Assembly: GCA_965206595.1 (NCBI GenBank) | Contig: OZ242214.1 | Span: forward strand, 5,088,001-5,152,000 | Reading direction: 5' to 3' | Source: Candidatus Latescibacterota bacterium | GTDB taxonomy: Bacteria > Latescibacterota > UBA2968 > UBA8231 | DNA: 64,000 bases | Part shown: in pieces, positions 1-9,182 of the stretch | How positions within the stretch are numbered: position 1 is the first letter of the stretch | How the letters are laid out: the number at the start of each line of letters is the position of its first letter | Position numbers and translations under genes: made by a program | Notes under the pieces: generated by a model | Database searches by the model: none | Told to the model about the DNA's origin: nothing | The model's input: the letters and a program-made list of their open reading frames with translations, nothing else

Positions 1-580
1 ACGGATTGGTATACACAAATATACCAAGAATCCCTGATTATCGGGGCTGTGAGAGGGGGGTTTTTATGAAGGAGTCAAACCTTCTCTTCTTTGCCCGGGG
101 AACCGGGCCGGGTGTTTTCAGCCCCTCCGAATACGTCGCCCTTGCGTTTCTCAACCTCCTGAGCTATTCCGGAATCGCCGCGGTGACGATGCTGCACGTC
201 GAAGGCTGGAAGATGGCCGGAGCGCTGCGCACTGGCGCCGCTCACATCGGGGCCGCCGTGGCGGTGGGCTTACTCGCGGGCCTGGCCTGTGGTTTCTGGT
301 CGATGCTTGAACTGGTGTACGATCCGGGGATCTTTACCCTTGATCGCCACGGCGGTGCCCGTTCGGCAGCCCGCCTGGGCCGCTACTACCACTATTTGTA
401 CTCCGAGGCGGGAACCCGACCGGCTGGTCCCGACCTAATCAGAATGGGCGCCGTGGCAGCGGGATTCGCCGTCACTGCAGCTCTCTCCTTTCTGCGCACC
501 CTGTTCACCCAACTGCCGTTTCACCCCGCCGGATTCGTCTACGGAACCGGTATCGGCAACCTGATCTGGGGGTCGGCGCT

Positions 581-2008
581 GGCATTGTCCCGATCTTAGT
601 TGAAACAGCACAGGCTCCTCTCGCTACCTTGGTACGGGAAGTTTTTTCCGGAAAACCTCGTATCAGGTAACAGAAAGGAGCCTGCCATGAGCAAGCTATC
701 AGGACCCCGGAAGCAGGTCAAACGCAGCCTGGAAATCGGCCCCGTGAATGCGGAGGCCGCCGCCCTTACCGGCGATCTGGATACGCGCATCGAGGGGATC
801 CAATGCCTGATTCCTTTGGGTCTGCAAGCCGTCGCCGAGGAACTGCAACGGGCGGTCGAGGAGTTGGCCGGGCCGCGCTATCAGCGCAAGGGGGCCGAGC
901 AGCCGGTGCGCCGCTGGGGATCTCAGTCCGGATCGGTGTATCTGGGCGATCAGAAACTGAGGGTCGAAGTGCCGCGGGTGCGCAATGTGGCCAGCCGGAC
1001 CGAGGTGCCGCTGGCGGCCTACCCGGCCCTGCAGAGGCCCCGGAACCAGGACGAGGGTCTGTTGCTGCGCGTGTTGAAAGGGATCGCCACGCGCGACTAC
1101 GAGGCCTGCGCCGAGGCCGTCCCGGCCGCCTTCGGCCGGTCCGGTTCCTCGGTGTCGCGCCGCTACGTGAAAGGCACGGCGCGAAAGCTGGCCGAATTCC
1201 AGGAGCGATCCCTGGAAGGATACGATCTGGTGGCGCTGTTTCTCGACGGCAAGAGCTTCGCCGACGAAGAAATCCTCATCGCCTTGGGCGTCACCCTGGA
1301 CGGACACAAGATTCCGCTGGGCTTCGTGCAGGCGGCCACCGAGAACGAGCGCGTCTGCCGGCGCTTCCTGTCCGATCTGGTCGAACGGGGCTTGCAGTAT
1401 GAAGCCGGACTGCTGGTCGTCCTCGACGGCGGCAAGGGACTGTACAAGGCGGTGCGGTCGGTGCTGAAAGGGCATGCCTGCGTGCAGCGCTGCCAGTATC
1501 ACAAGCGCCAGAACGTCGTCTCGTATCTGCCCAAGAGCGAGCAGGCCCGGATCCGTCACAAAATGGAAGCGGCCTACGGGCAAGCGACGTACGAGGAGGC
1601 CAAGGCTGCCCTGGAGGCGCTCAAACCGGGCTTGGAGCTGACGAACCAGTCCGCCCTGCACAGCCTCGAGGAAGGCCTGGAAGAGACCCTCACCCTGCAC
1701 CGCTTGGGAGTGATGCCGATGTTGAAGAATTCCTTCCGTACCACCAACTGCATCGAGAACGTCAACGGTCTCCTGGGGCAGTTGACGCACAACGTCCGGC
1801 GCTGGAGCAACTCATCGCAGCGTCACCGCTGGGTAGCCACGGCGCTGTTGGACATCGAACCGCGTCTGCGCCGGGTCAAGGGCTACCGTCACTCACCGAC
1901 GATGCGGCACGCCCTGCAGGCCGAGCTCGGTATCAAACAGCTCGCTATGACGGGCTGATCTATTCAACCGAGCCTGTGCTTTGTTTCAACTGAAAATGGG
2001 ACTTGCCC
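581..2008 (+). mobile_element. IS256-family insertion sequence (1428 bp)
   Basis: Imperfect terminal IRs (ggcattgtcccgatcttagttgaaac..agcacaggctc vs reverse complement gggcaagtcccattttcagttgaaac..agcacaggctc); 8-bp direct repeat tcggcgct at 573-580 and 2009-2016; encloses one transposase. Confidence 0.95.
687..1958 (+). CDS. IS256-family (Mutator-like) DDE transposase
   Basis: Motifs LFLDG, VVLDGGKGL, QRCQYHK, RTTNCIE; aaggag RBS before ATG 687. Confidence 0.93.
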   Translation: MSKLSGPRKQVKRSLEIGPVNAEAAALTGDLDTRIEGIQCLIPLGLQAVAEELQRAVEELAGPRYQRKGAEQPVRRWGSQSGSVYLGDQKLRVEVPRVRNVASRTEVPLAAYPALQRPRNQDEGLLLRVLKGIATRDYEACAEAVPAAFGRSGSSVSRRYVKGTARKLAEFQERSLEGYDLVALFLDGKSFADEEILIALGVTLDGHKIPLGFVQAATENERVCRRFLSDLVERGLQYEAGLLVVLDGGKGLYKAVRSVLKGHACVQRCQYHKRQNVVSYLPKSEQARIRHKMEAAYGQATYEEAKAALEALKPGLELTNQSALHSLEEGLEETLTLHRLGVMPMLKNSFRTTNCIENVNGLLGQLTHNVRRWSNSSQRHRWVATALLDIEPRLRRVKGYRHSPTMRHALQAELGIKQLAMTG

Positions 2009-2251
2009 TCGGCGCTTATCGGATGGGCGGTCAAGGTTCTCGTAGTCCGTTACGGAGGAGCTGTGCAGTATCGCCGCCTGCGCCCCTTCTTCATGGGGCT
2101 GATCCTGGGAGACCTTTGGATGCGCCTGATGTGGGCGGCGGTTTCCCTGCTCGGTGAGCCCGGAGGCGGCTACCGCATTTGACAACCGAAGTCGTTCAAG
2201 GGTAACATTACATTTTTACTGCTCCAAAGGGCGGCGTATATTCCTCCTCTA

Positions 2252-3472
2252 ATGAATTTGAATTCGCCGGTACGCAAAGCTCGCGCAGAAATATTGCGGA
2301 GGCTTCCACGGTTTACCCCGTCCGTGTCAGGGGGGATCGTCCTCGCCCTGTTCGCCTTGGGGCTGTCCCTGCCCGATGCATGGGCCGAGACCAGCGAACC
2401 CGTAGCCTCAGACAGCCTTCGCAAATACCGGTTTCTCGCAAAAACCGCGCGCGAAAAGAATCAGACTGAAGACGCCCTGCGATACTACGGGCAGGTAGTC
2501 CACTACAAGCCCGACGATCTCAAAGCCCATTTTTTCAGCGGCAGCCTGCTCGCAAACAAGGGAGACACGGCGGCAGCTAAACGGCACTTGCTCATCTGTG
2601 TCGCCCTCGACTCCCTGCACGTCAACACCAACGTGCTGTTGACGCAACTCTACCTGCGCCAGGAAGATCCCGATTCGGCCTGGGTGTTCTTGGAGCCCGT
2701 TCTCGACATCAAGCCCGCAGTCTCGAAGTACCGCAGGTTCAGGCGCCAAATCGCGGATCTCCATCGCATCCAGGGAAACCACAAAGCCGCTATTTCTCAC
2801 TACGAAGCGCTGGCCGCCAACAGCGAAGTCGACGCGCGTCAGATTTTCGAGCTGCTCTCCCAGTTGCACGAAGCCAGTGGCGACACAGAGCAGGCCCTTG
2901 CCTGGAGTTCGCGCGCCTTGTCCTCCCCGGCCTCCGAAACGAGTCCGTCCACTATTGAAATACTCAGCCGCGTGCTGGAGCTGCAGGCCAGCAGCGGTGA
3001 TCGTTCAGGTGCCTACGAAACGCTCAGACAGTTGGTGCGCCTCGACTCGCTGAGCAGGTATTCCTACTTCGACCGCATGGCTGCGATCGCTACCGATGCC
3101 GGCGATCTTTCGCAGCAGATGGAAGGGCTCGAGGGCATGGTCGAAGCCCAACCACATGACCTGGGCCCATTGGCTACATTGGTCGAACTCCACCTGAAGG
3201 GCAGCGATTTCAACGCTGCTTCGACTTGGCTGCGTACGGGCCTCGAGGTCGACAAAAAGGACGGCCACTTGCTGCTGCTTCAGGGTGAGCTGTTGATACT
3301 GCAAGGAGACGAAGACGCGGCAATTGACGCTTTCGAACGGTCGCGACAGGATCCCGAGTGGGAAAAAGTCGCGCAACAGCGCATCTTGCAGCTACGACCC
3401 CCGGAAACTGAAGAAGAGAAGCTGAAACGGTCATTCTTCGGAGCAAGTGACGAAGACCAAACCGGTGGCTGA
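2252..3472 (+). CDS. Tetratricopeptide-repeat protein, probably exported
   Basis: Hydrophobic signal-like N-terminus followed by repeated TPR-like helical pairs; first gene of the exbB/exbD/tonB run. Start uncertain. Confidence 0.75.
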   Translation: MNLNSPVRKARAEILRRLPRFTPSVSGGIVLALFALGLSLPDAWAETSEPVASDSLRKYRFLAKTAREKNQTEDALRYYGQVVHYKPDDLKAHFFSGSLLANKGDTAAAKRHLLICVALDSLHVNTNVLLTQLYLRQEDPDSAWVFLEPVLDIKPAVSKYRRFRRQIADLHRIQGNHKAAISHYEALAANSEVDARQIFELLSQLHEASGDTEQALAWSSRALSSPASETSPSTIEILSRVLELQASSGDRSGAYETLRQLVRLDSLSRYSYFDRMAAIATDAGDLSQQMEGLEGMVEAQPHDLGPLATLVELHLKGSDFNAASTWLRTGLEVDKKDGHLLLLQGELLILQGDEDAAIDAFERSRQDPEWEKVAQQRILQLRPPETEEEKLKRSFFGASDEDQTGG

Positions 3473-3518
3473 ACAGTCGCCAAACGGGCCAACGCAGGCC
3501 TCGAGCTGAGGAGAAATT

Positions 3519-4145
3519 ATGCTGTGGGAACTGTTTCAGGATGGCGGATGGGCGATGTATCCTCTGGTAGTGCTGCTGGTGCTCGGAATCGCCATTGCCA
3601 TCGAAAGACTGGTCAACCTGAGCCGAGCAGGGATCGACGCAAACGCCTTTTTCCAGAACCTTGAGGAGGCCCTGAGGTCTGGCGGGCCCGACGAGGCCGC
3701 ACGGATCTGTTCGGAAACGCGAGGTCCCGTAGCCTCGGTCATCCACGCCGGTTTGTTGCGAATGCACCGCGGCATCGATCACGTGGAAAAAGCGATCGAC
3801 AATGCCGGAGCAGTGGAGATGGCTTTCCTCGAACGAGGTATGGTCTGGCTGTCCACGGTCGCCAACCTCGCTCCCATGATCGGCTTCCTCGGGACAGTGA
3901 GCGGGATGATCGGCGCTTTCCAAGCGATCGAAAGGGCCGGCGATGTTGAACCGTCCATGGTTGCTGGGGGAATTTCCGAGGCGCTAATCACTACGGCATC
4001 CGGTCTCATCGTAGGTATCATCATTCAATTTCTTCACAACTTTTTCGCTTCCAGGATCGACCGCATCATCGCCGACATGCAAGAGCACACTGCCGGTTTC
4101 GTCGACCTGCTGGCGGAGACGGGTCAGGCTGACGCCGCGCAATAA
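3519..4145 (+). CDS. exbB: MotA/TolQ/ExbB proton channel protein
   Basis: LAPMIGFLGTVSGMI and GISEALITTASGL motifs; gaggag RBS. Confidence 0.92.
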   Translation: MLWELFQDGGWAMYPLVVLLVLGIAIAIERLVNLSRAGIDANAFFQNLEEALRSGGPDEAARICSETRGPVASVIHAGLLRMHRGIDHVEKAIDNAGAVEMAFLERGMVWLSTVANLAPMIGFLGTVSGMIGAFQAIERAGDVEPSMVAGGISEALITTASGLIVGIIIQFLHNFFASRIDRIIADMQEHTAGFVDLLAETGQADAAQ

Positions 4146-4185
4146 AAGCGCGGCAGAGCCAACCCACTGACAGCGCCGGAATCGG

Positions 4186-4599
4186 ATGAACTGGAAACGA
4201 GGGCACAGAGTCCCACCGGAGATACCTACCGCCTCGATGGCGGATATCGCCTTTCTTCTGATTGTTTTCTTCCTTGTGACGACGACGATGAATCAGGACA
4301 AGGGCCTGTCTTTGCACCTGCCGCCGTTTGGTGAAAGCAAAGAGATCAAGCAGAAAAACATCTCCAACGTCTGGATCAACGAGCGGGACGAAATCGCCTT
4401 CTTCGAAAACGAAAATCTGACCTTGGTTTCTTTCGGTGATCTCCGAGGCCAGATACAAAGCCGACTCGCGGCCAACGACAAACTTATCATTTCGCTGAAG
4501 GCGGAACGCGGAGCCACGTATCGGATGTTTGTCGACGTACTCGACGAACTCAAACTCGCGGGTGCGACCCGCATCTCGATCGCGGAGCCTGAACAGTGA
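4186..4599 (+). CDS. exbD: ExbD/TolR biopolymer transport protein
   Basis: TASMADIAFLLIVFFLVTT transmembrane segment with the conserved Asp. Confidence 0.9.
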   Translation: MNWKRGHRVPPEIPTASMADIAFLLIVFFLVTTTMNQDKGLSLHLPPFGESKEIKQKNISNVWINERDEIAFFENENLTLVSFGDLRGQIQSRLAANDKLIISLKAERGATYRMFVDVLDELKLAGATRISIAEPEQ

Positions 4600-5015
4600 A
4601 GTTTAACCGCAAAGCAAAGGTCGCCAGTGTGATCCCGACAGCTTCCATGGCGGACATCTCTTTTCTGCTGCTGGTTTTTTTCATGGTGTCGACCGTGTTT
4701 GTCCGCTTCCGCGGCATTCCGGTAGAATTGCCCGACGCCAAAAGCGTCGAAAAGCTCGAGATGAGAAGGCATGTGACCAGCGTCTGGGTCAGCAGGGCCG
4801 GGTCCGTCAATATTGACGATCAGACGGTCCTGCTCGAACAGGTTGGGCAGCTCATCTACTCCAAATTGAGGATGAATCCCCGGCTGATCATCTCCATCAA
4901 GGGAGACGGCGAGGCCGAGTTCGGCGTCATCTCGGATGTTCTGCAGGAATTGCGCAAAGTTGAGGCATTGCGCGTCAATTTCGCCACCGACCGGGAGAAG
5001 CAGCCACAACCATGA
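4596..5015 (+). CDS. exbD: ExbD/TolR biopolymer transport protein (second copy)
   Basis: TASMADISFLLLVFFMVST; GTGA overlap with the previous gene. Confidence 0.9.
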   Translation: MKFNRKAKVASVIPTASMADISFLLLVFFMVSTVFVRFRGIPVELPDAKSVEKLEMRRHVTSVWVSRAGSVNIDDQTVLLEQVGQLIYSKLRMNPRLIISIKGDGEAEFGVISDVLQELRKVEALRVNFATDREKQPQP

Positions 5016-5698
5016 CCAGCGCCGGTATCCCGCAGCGGCCTTGGAAAATGCCGCGACGAAAAGCGCCTGAAGCGGATCTCCGGCAGACCTACCGCAAGGC
5101 CTTCTGGCTCTCCGTTGCCGCCTCCACCGCAGCCAATGCCCTGCTATTTTTCATTTTTCCATCGTTCGAAGTCGAAGCCTTCGAAAAGTCGCAAGCCCCG
5201 GTCATTATCGAGCTGGAGCAGATACCTGAAACCCGCCAGGAACGACGACCGCCGCCGCCACCACGACCCGTCGTCCCGATTCCCACCGACAGCGAAGACA
5301 TTCCTGACGACGTTACCATCGAAACGACCGAACTCGACCTGTTCGACGATCTGGCACCTCCGCCCGAATTCGAGGAGCTTCCCAGCATGGAGGTCGAAGA
5401 AGAGGAAGAGGAGATTGTCGACCTCTGGAAGGTCGAGAAGAAACCGGTGCGCAAGAAGCAGGTTGACCCCGTATATCCGGTGATCGCCCAAAAGGCCGGT
5501 ATCGAGGGCTCGGTAACAGTCACCGTCTTGGTCGGCAAGGACGGCAAGGTCGAGGCGATCGGCCAGGTAGTCGGCAACGAAATCTTTCACGAAGCCGCCA
5601 AGACGGCCGCCCTGAAGACGGAGTTTACACCCGCGCTCCAGAACGACAAGGCCGTCAAAGTCTGGGTCAGTCTCCCATTCAAATTTCGCCTTAATTGA
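5012..5698 (+). CDS. tonB: Energy transducer TonB
   Basis: N-terminal TM, Pro/Glu-rich linker, TonB_C domain YPVIAQKAGIEGSVTV...F.PA.Q..K.VKVWV.LPFKF. Confidence 0.9.
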   Translation: MTSAGIPQRPWKMPRRKAPEADLRQTYRKAFWLSVAASTAANALLFFIFPSFEVEAFEKSQAPVIIELEQIPETRQERRPPPPPRPVVPIPTDSEDIPDDVTIETTELDLFDDLAPPPEFEELPSMEVEEEEEEIVDLWKVEKKPVRKKQVDPVYPVIAQKAGIEGSVTVTVLVGKDGKVEAIGQVVGNEIFHEAAKTAALKTEFTPALQNDKAVKVWVSLPFKFRLN

Positions 5699-5884
5699 GC
5701 CTTTGACAGCGTGATCCACGCGGTCATGGTGGCCATTTAGTATTTTATATCTCGGAGGTGCCCATGATGCATCGATTTTGGAAGCCACCGGGACCCCTCC
5801 AAGCATCTCCCCGCCGGTAGGGACACACACATCCCCGAATGACACCACCTCGCGCACTGCAACGAGGTGGTCGGGAGGTCGCAC

Positions 5885-6340
5885 ATGCGTTGCCCATTTT
5901 GCGATCATCAGGACGACCGCGTTGTCGACTCGAGGTCGTGCCGTCATGGCCAAGCCATCCGCAGACGCCGGGAATGCGTCAACTGCAATCAGCGATTCAC
6001 CACCTACGAATACATCGAACACGCGCCGCTGACCATCATCAAGCGTGACGGCAGTCGGGAGCCTTTCGACCGCGGCAAACTCCTCGAAAAGATTCGGCTC
6101 GCCTGCTACAAGACACCCGTCTCCAGCGATCAAATCGAAGAACTCGTCGACCAGATCGAAAGCGAATTGGGCAACCTCACCGAAAAGGAAATCCCGAGCA
6201 TTCAGGTTGGTGAGCTAGTCATGGATGCGTTGCGCAGTTTGAACGAAGTCGCCTATGTCCGATTTGCGTCGGTATATCGACAATTCAGGGACAAGAGCGA
6301 TTTCGTCCGCGAGTTGGAGCAGCTCTCGCCGGCCCCTTAA
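5885..6340 (+). CDS. nrdR: Transcriptional repressor NrdR
   Basis: MRCPFC...VVDSR...IRRRRECVNCNQRFTTYE zinc ribbon, ATP cone, VAYVRFASVYRQF. Confidence 0.98.
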   Translation: MRCPFCDHQDDRVVDSRSCRHGQAIRRRRECVNCNQRFTTYEYIEHAPLTIIKRDGSREPFDRGKLLEKIRLACYKTPVSSDQIEELVDQIESELGNLTEKEIPSIQVGELVMDALRSLNEVAYVRFASVYRQFRDKSDFVRELEQLSPAP

Positions 6341-6508
6341 GACCTTGGCGGCCCTCCTCCCCATTTCTCGAGGCGCCGCACTATACCCCTGCTCGGCCTG
6401 CAAGGGCAAGTTTTCCGCCTCCGTCAGGCATCCTCCACCGTAAAAATCGACGTTGTTGTAGCTCCCTCAGCCCCGCCCGGAGATCAATCCCGGTCTTTTT
6501 GAAATTCC

Positions 6509-6538
6509 TTGACACGCTCGAATCAAGGGCTGTATATT
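6509..6538 (+). promoter_or_regulatory. Sigma70-type promoter for nrdJ
   Basis: TTGACA (6509-6514), 18-nt spacer, TATATT (6533-6538). Confidence 0.65.
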
Positions 6539-6548
6539 CGAGACGTTT

Positions 6549-6564
6549 CCACAAGATCTTGTGT
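6549..6564. promoter_or_regulatory. NrdR box upstream of nrdJ
   Basis: ccacaagatcttgtgt contains the perfect palindrome cacaagatcttgtg and fits consensus acaCwAtATaTwGtgt; a degenerate second copy may start 31 bp downstream (6580-6595). Confidence 0.8.
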
Positions 6565-6744
6565 TCCGCTCGGTAGACAGCAGGAGATAATGTGGTTCCG
6601 GCGGAACTGATGTCTTCTAGAATTCTCCCCGCATAACCTCCTGTATATACTGAATCTTGGGACCTTTTGGGGCTGGCTGCTTTGGAGCTTGGCCCCAAAG
6701 GCGGAGCCCGTATTTTGCGCGCGATGCGCACAAGTGAGGGAAAA

Positions 6745-9141
6745 ATGTCGTCCAATATCTACGAATCAGGGGCCTCCGAAACCGCAGACGATACCGCGGC
6801 AAGGAAAGGCCATCGCCTCGAGGACTTACTGGCTCAGGTGGAAGGTCGCGGCTATAGGCGCAACGGCCACGACGACATTCTGAAAACAGCCGCAGACGCA
6901 GAGACCTACTATGCCGGTAATGATCTGGCGATCGATGTTCTGCGCAACAAGTACTTGGCTCCGGGAGAGACCGGGCCCCTGCAAATGTGGGACCGCATCG
7001 CCCGGGCGATGGCCTCAGTCGAAGAGGAGGAGGCGCACTGGTACAACCGCTTCTTCACCCTTCTTCTCGACTTCAAATTCATCCCCGGGGGTCGAGTTAT
7101 GCACGGGGCAGGCCGTGACGAGACCCGCCGAAAGCCTACGCTCTCCAACTGCTACGTCATTCCCATAGAACAGGACAGCCTCGAGGGCATTTACCGCTGC
7201 TTGAGTGAATCGGCGATGGTGTACCGGACCGGCGGCGGGGTCGGTACTGACCTGTCGTCGCTGCGGCCCAAGGGTGCACCGGTCAACGCGACCGTCGACC
7301 GGTCTCCGGGGTGCACCGCTTTCATGAACCTTTTGAGCGAGAGCACCAACGCGGTGTCGCAGGCGGGCAGGCGAGGTGCGCTGATGCTGACTCTACGGGT
7401 CGATCATCCCGACATCGAGGACTTCATTACAATCAAGAATGACGTTAACCGAACCAAGGTTCAGTACGCCAACATCAGCGTTCTGATTACCCACGAGTTC
7501 ATGGAAGCCGTCCTAGGCGACACGGACTTCGACCTCAGGTGGGGAGGGAAGGTGTATCGCACCGTACGCGCGCAGGATCTGTGGAACACCATCATCGCCA
7601 ATGCCCATTCCAGCGCTGAGCCCGGAATCATCTTCTGGGACACGATGAAGGAGTACCACAACGTCGAATACGCCAATCCGCTGACCAGCACCAACCCCTG
7701 CGGCGAACAGCCCTTGGCTTCGTACACTGCGTGCAACCTAGGCAATCTCAATCTGGTGAAGTTCGTCCGAGAAGACGGCACATTCGATTTCGAGGATCTG
7801 GCCGAAAGCACCCGGGTCGCGACCCGTTTTCTCGACAACGTCATCGATTACAACATGGATAATCACGCTCTTCCAAAGATCAGGGAGGCGGTGGAATCGG
7901 ACCGTCGCGTCGGGCTGGGTATCACAGGCTTGGCGGACGCCCTGGTACTCATGAAGCTGAGGTACGACTCGGACGAGGCGCTCGACACGGTCGAGAAGGT
8001 GATGCAAACGATCTGTTACTGCTCCTACGAGACTTCCATCGACCTTGCGAGCGAAAAAGAACCCTTCACGCTGTTCGACTGGAACGGCATTTCGCAAAGC
8101 AAGTTCATACAGAGTCTGCCGATGAGCATTCAGGACCGCGCAAAGAAATATGGCTTGCGCAACGCGACCCTGATCACGGTTCCTCCGGTAGGGACCGGGT
8201 CCATCGTCGCCCAGACGACTTCGGGCATCGAGCCTATCTTCTGCACCAGCTACAAGCGACGGGTCAAACAGGCAGACGGAGAATCTTTCCGCGAGTACAA
8301 AGTGTATCACCCGCTGATTCAGCGCCTCTTCGGCGACGACGAGAACCTGCCCGAATACGTCATAAGTTCACACGAAATCGATCCGTATTTTCGTGTAAGG
8401 ATGCAGGGGATCATCCAGAAGTACACCGACAGCAGCATCTCTTCGACGATCAATCTGGCGGAGGAAACAAGTGCGGAGACGGTGGCGGACATCTACATCA
8501 CCGCCTATAGGGAGGGCTTAAAGGGCGTAACGGTCTACAGGGAGGGAAGCCGCCAGGGAATCCTGCAGACCGAAGACAGTCAGGAGGAGAATCAGCCACC
8601 GCAGAAAGAGGACCCTCCTGCAGCCGAAGCCCCGGCGGCTTCCGGACGTAGCGAGCGCGGCTACCACCCGCGCCGCCGGCCGGCGGTCACTACCGGTGTG
8701 ACCGAACGCATCCGCACCGGGGAGGGCAACATTTACGTCACCATCAACGAAGACGATCAGGGACTGTGCGAGGTTTTCAGCACCATCGGCAAGGCGGGGG
8801 GCAACGCCGCCGCGCAATCCGAGGCGATCAGCCGCCTTATCTCACTGGCTTTGCGCTCCGGCATCGATCCGCAGGAAATCGTGAAGTCTCTGAAGGGAAT
8901 ATCCGGACCCACCCCGGTCTGGGAAGATGGCGAACTGATCCTGTCTGCACCGGACGCCATCGGCCGTGCTATCGAGCGGTATCTGCATCGTGGAGCGGAA
9001 CCTCGTGCCGAGTCCGCAGGCTCGGTTCCCGATGATACCAGGGAAACCAAATCGAGCGCCACCTGCCCGGAGTGTGGCTCGACAGTCGTGCACGAGAGCA
9101 ACTGCCTAAATTGCAAGCATTGCGGCTGGTCCAAGTGCTGA
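6745..9141 (+). CDS. nrdJ: Adenosylcobalamin-dependent (class II) ribonucleotide reductase with C-terminal TSCPD-like and Zn-ribbon region
   Basis: LSNCYV, RRGALM, TNPCGEQPL..ACNLG, PPVGTGS, SGIEP motifs; C-terminal SAPDAIG and CPEC..CKHCGWSKC; directly after nrdR. Confidence 0.95.
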   Translation: MSSNIYESGASETADDTAARKGHRLEDLLAQVEGRGYRRNGHDDILKTAADAETYYAGNDLAIDVLRNKYLAPGETGPLQMWDRIARAMASVEEEEAHWYNRFFTLLLDFKFIPGGRVMHGAGRDETRRKPTLSNCYVIPIEQDSLEGIYRCLSESAMVYRTGGGVGTDLSSLRPKGAPVNATVDRSPGCTAFMNLLSESTNAVSQAGRRGALMLTLRVDHPDIEDFITIKNDVNRTKVQYANISVLITHEFMEAVLGDTDFDLRWGGKVYRTVRAQDLWNTIIANAHSSAEPGIIFWDTMKEYHNVEYANPLTSTNPCGEQPLASYTACNLGNLNLVKFVREDGTFDFEDLAESTRVATRFLDNVIDYNMDNHALPKIREAVESDRRVGLGITGLADALVLMKLRYDSDEALDTVEKVMQTICYCSYETSIDLASEKEPFTLFDWNGISQSKFIQSLPMSIQDRAKKYGLRNATLITVPPVGTGSIVAQTTSGIEPIFCTSYKRRVKQADGESFREYKVYHPLIQRLFGDDENLPEYVISSHEIDPYFRVRMQGIIQKYTDSSISSTINLAEETSAETVADIYITAYREGLKGVTVYREGSRQGILQTEDSQEENQPPQKEDPPAAEAPAASGRSERGYHPRRRPAVTTGVTERIRTGEGNIYVTINEDDQGLCEVFSTIGKAGGNAAAQSEAISRLISLALRSGIDPQEIVKSLKGISGPTPVWEDGELILSAPDAIGRAIERYLHRGAEPRAESAGSVPDDTRETKSSATCPECGSTVVHESNCLNCKHCGWSKC

Positions 9142-9182
9142 AAAAAAAGGGCCTTGCCCTGACAACGCGGTCCTATAAATAA

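Larger units (their letters stand above)
77..2182 (+). pseudogene. C-terminal part of a DUF6785/DUF6784-type polytopic membrane protein (putative peptide transporter-like), interrupted by IS256
   Basis: Removing 581-2008 plus one TSD copy gives a continuous frame: ...LPFHPAGFVYGTGIGNLIWGSAL|IGWAVKVLVVRYGGAVQYRRLRPFFMGLILGDLW...YRI* (TGA 2180-2182), resembling the family's C-terminal signature. The 5' part lies outside the window or is also disrupted. Confidence 0.75.

Noticed and set aside
6626-6653. dif-like sequence (cgcataa plus 6-bp spacer)
   Set aside because: Only part of the XerC arm matches; the XerD arm (ttatgttaaat) is absent.
6745-9141. Intein or intron in nrdJ
   Set aside because: Catalytic motifs are contiguous at normal spacing; extra length is a linker plus the TSCPD-like/Zn-ribbon domain.
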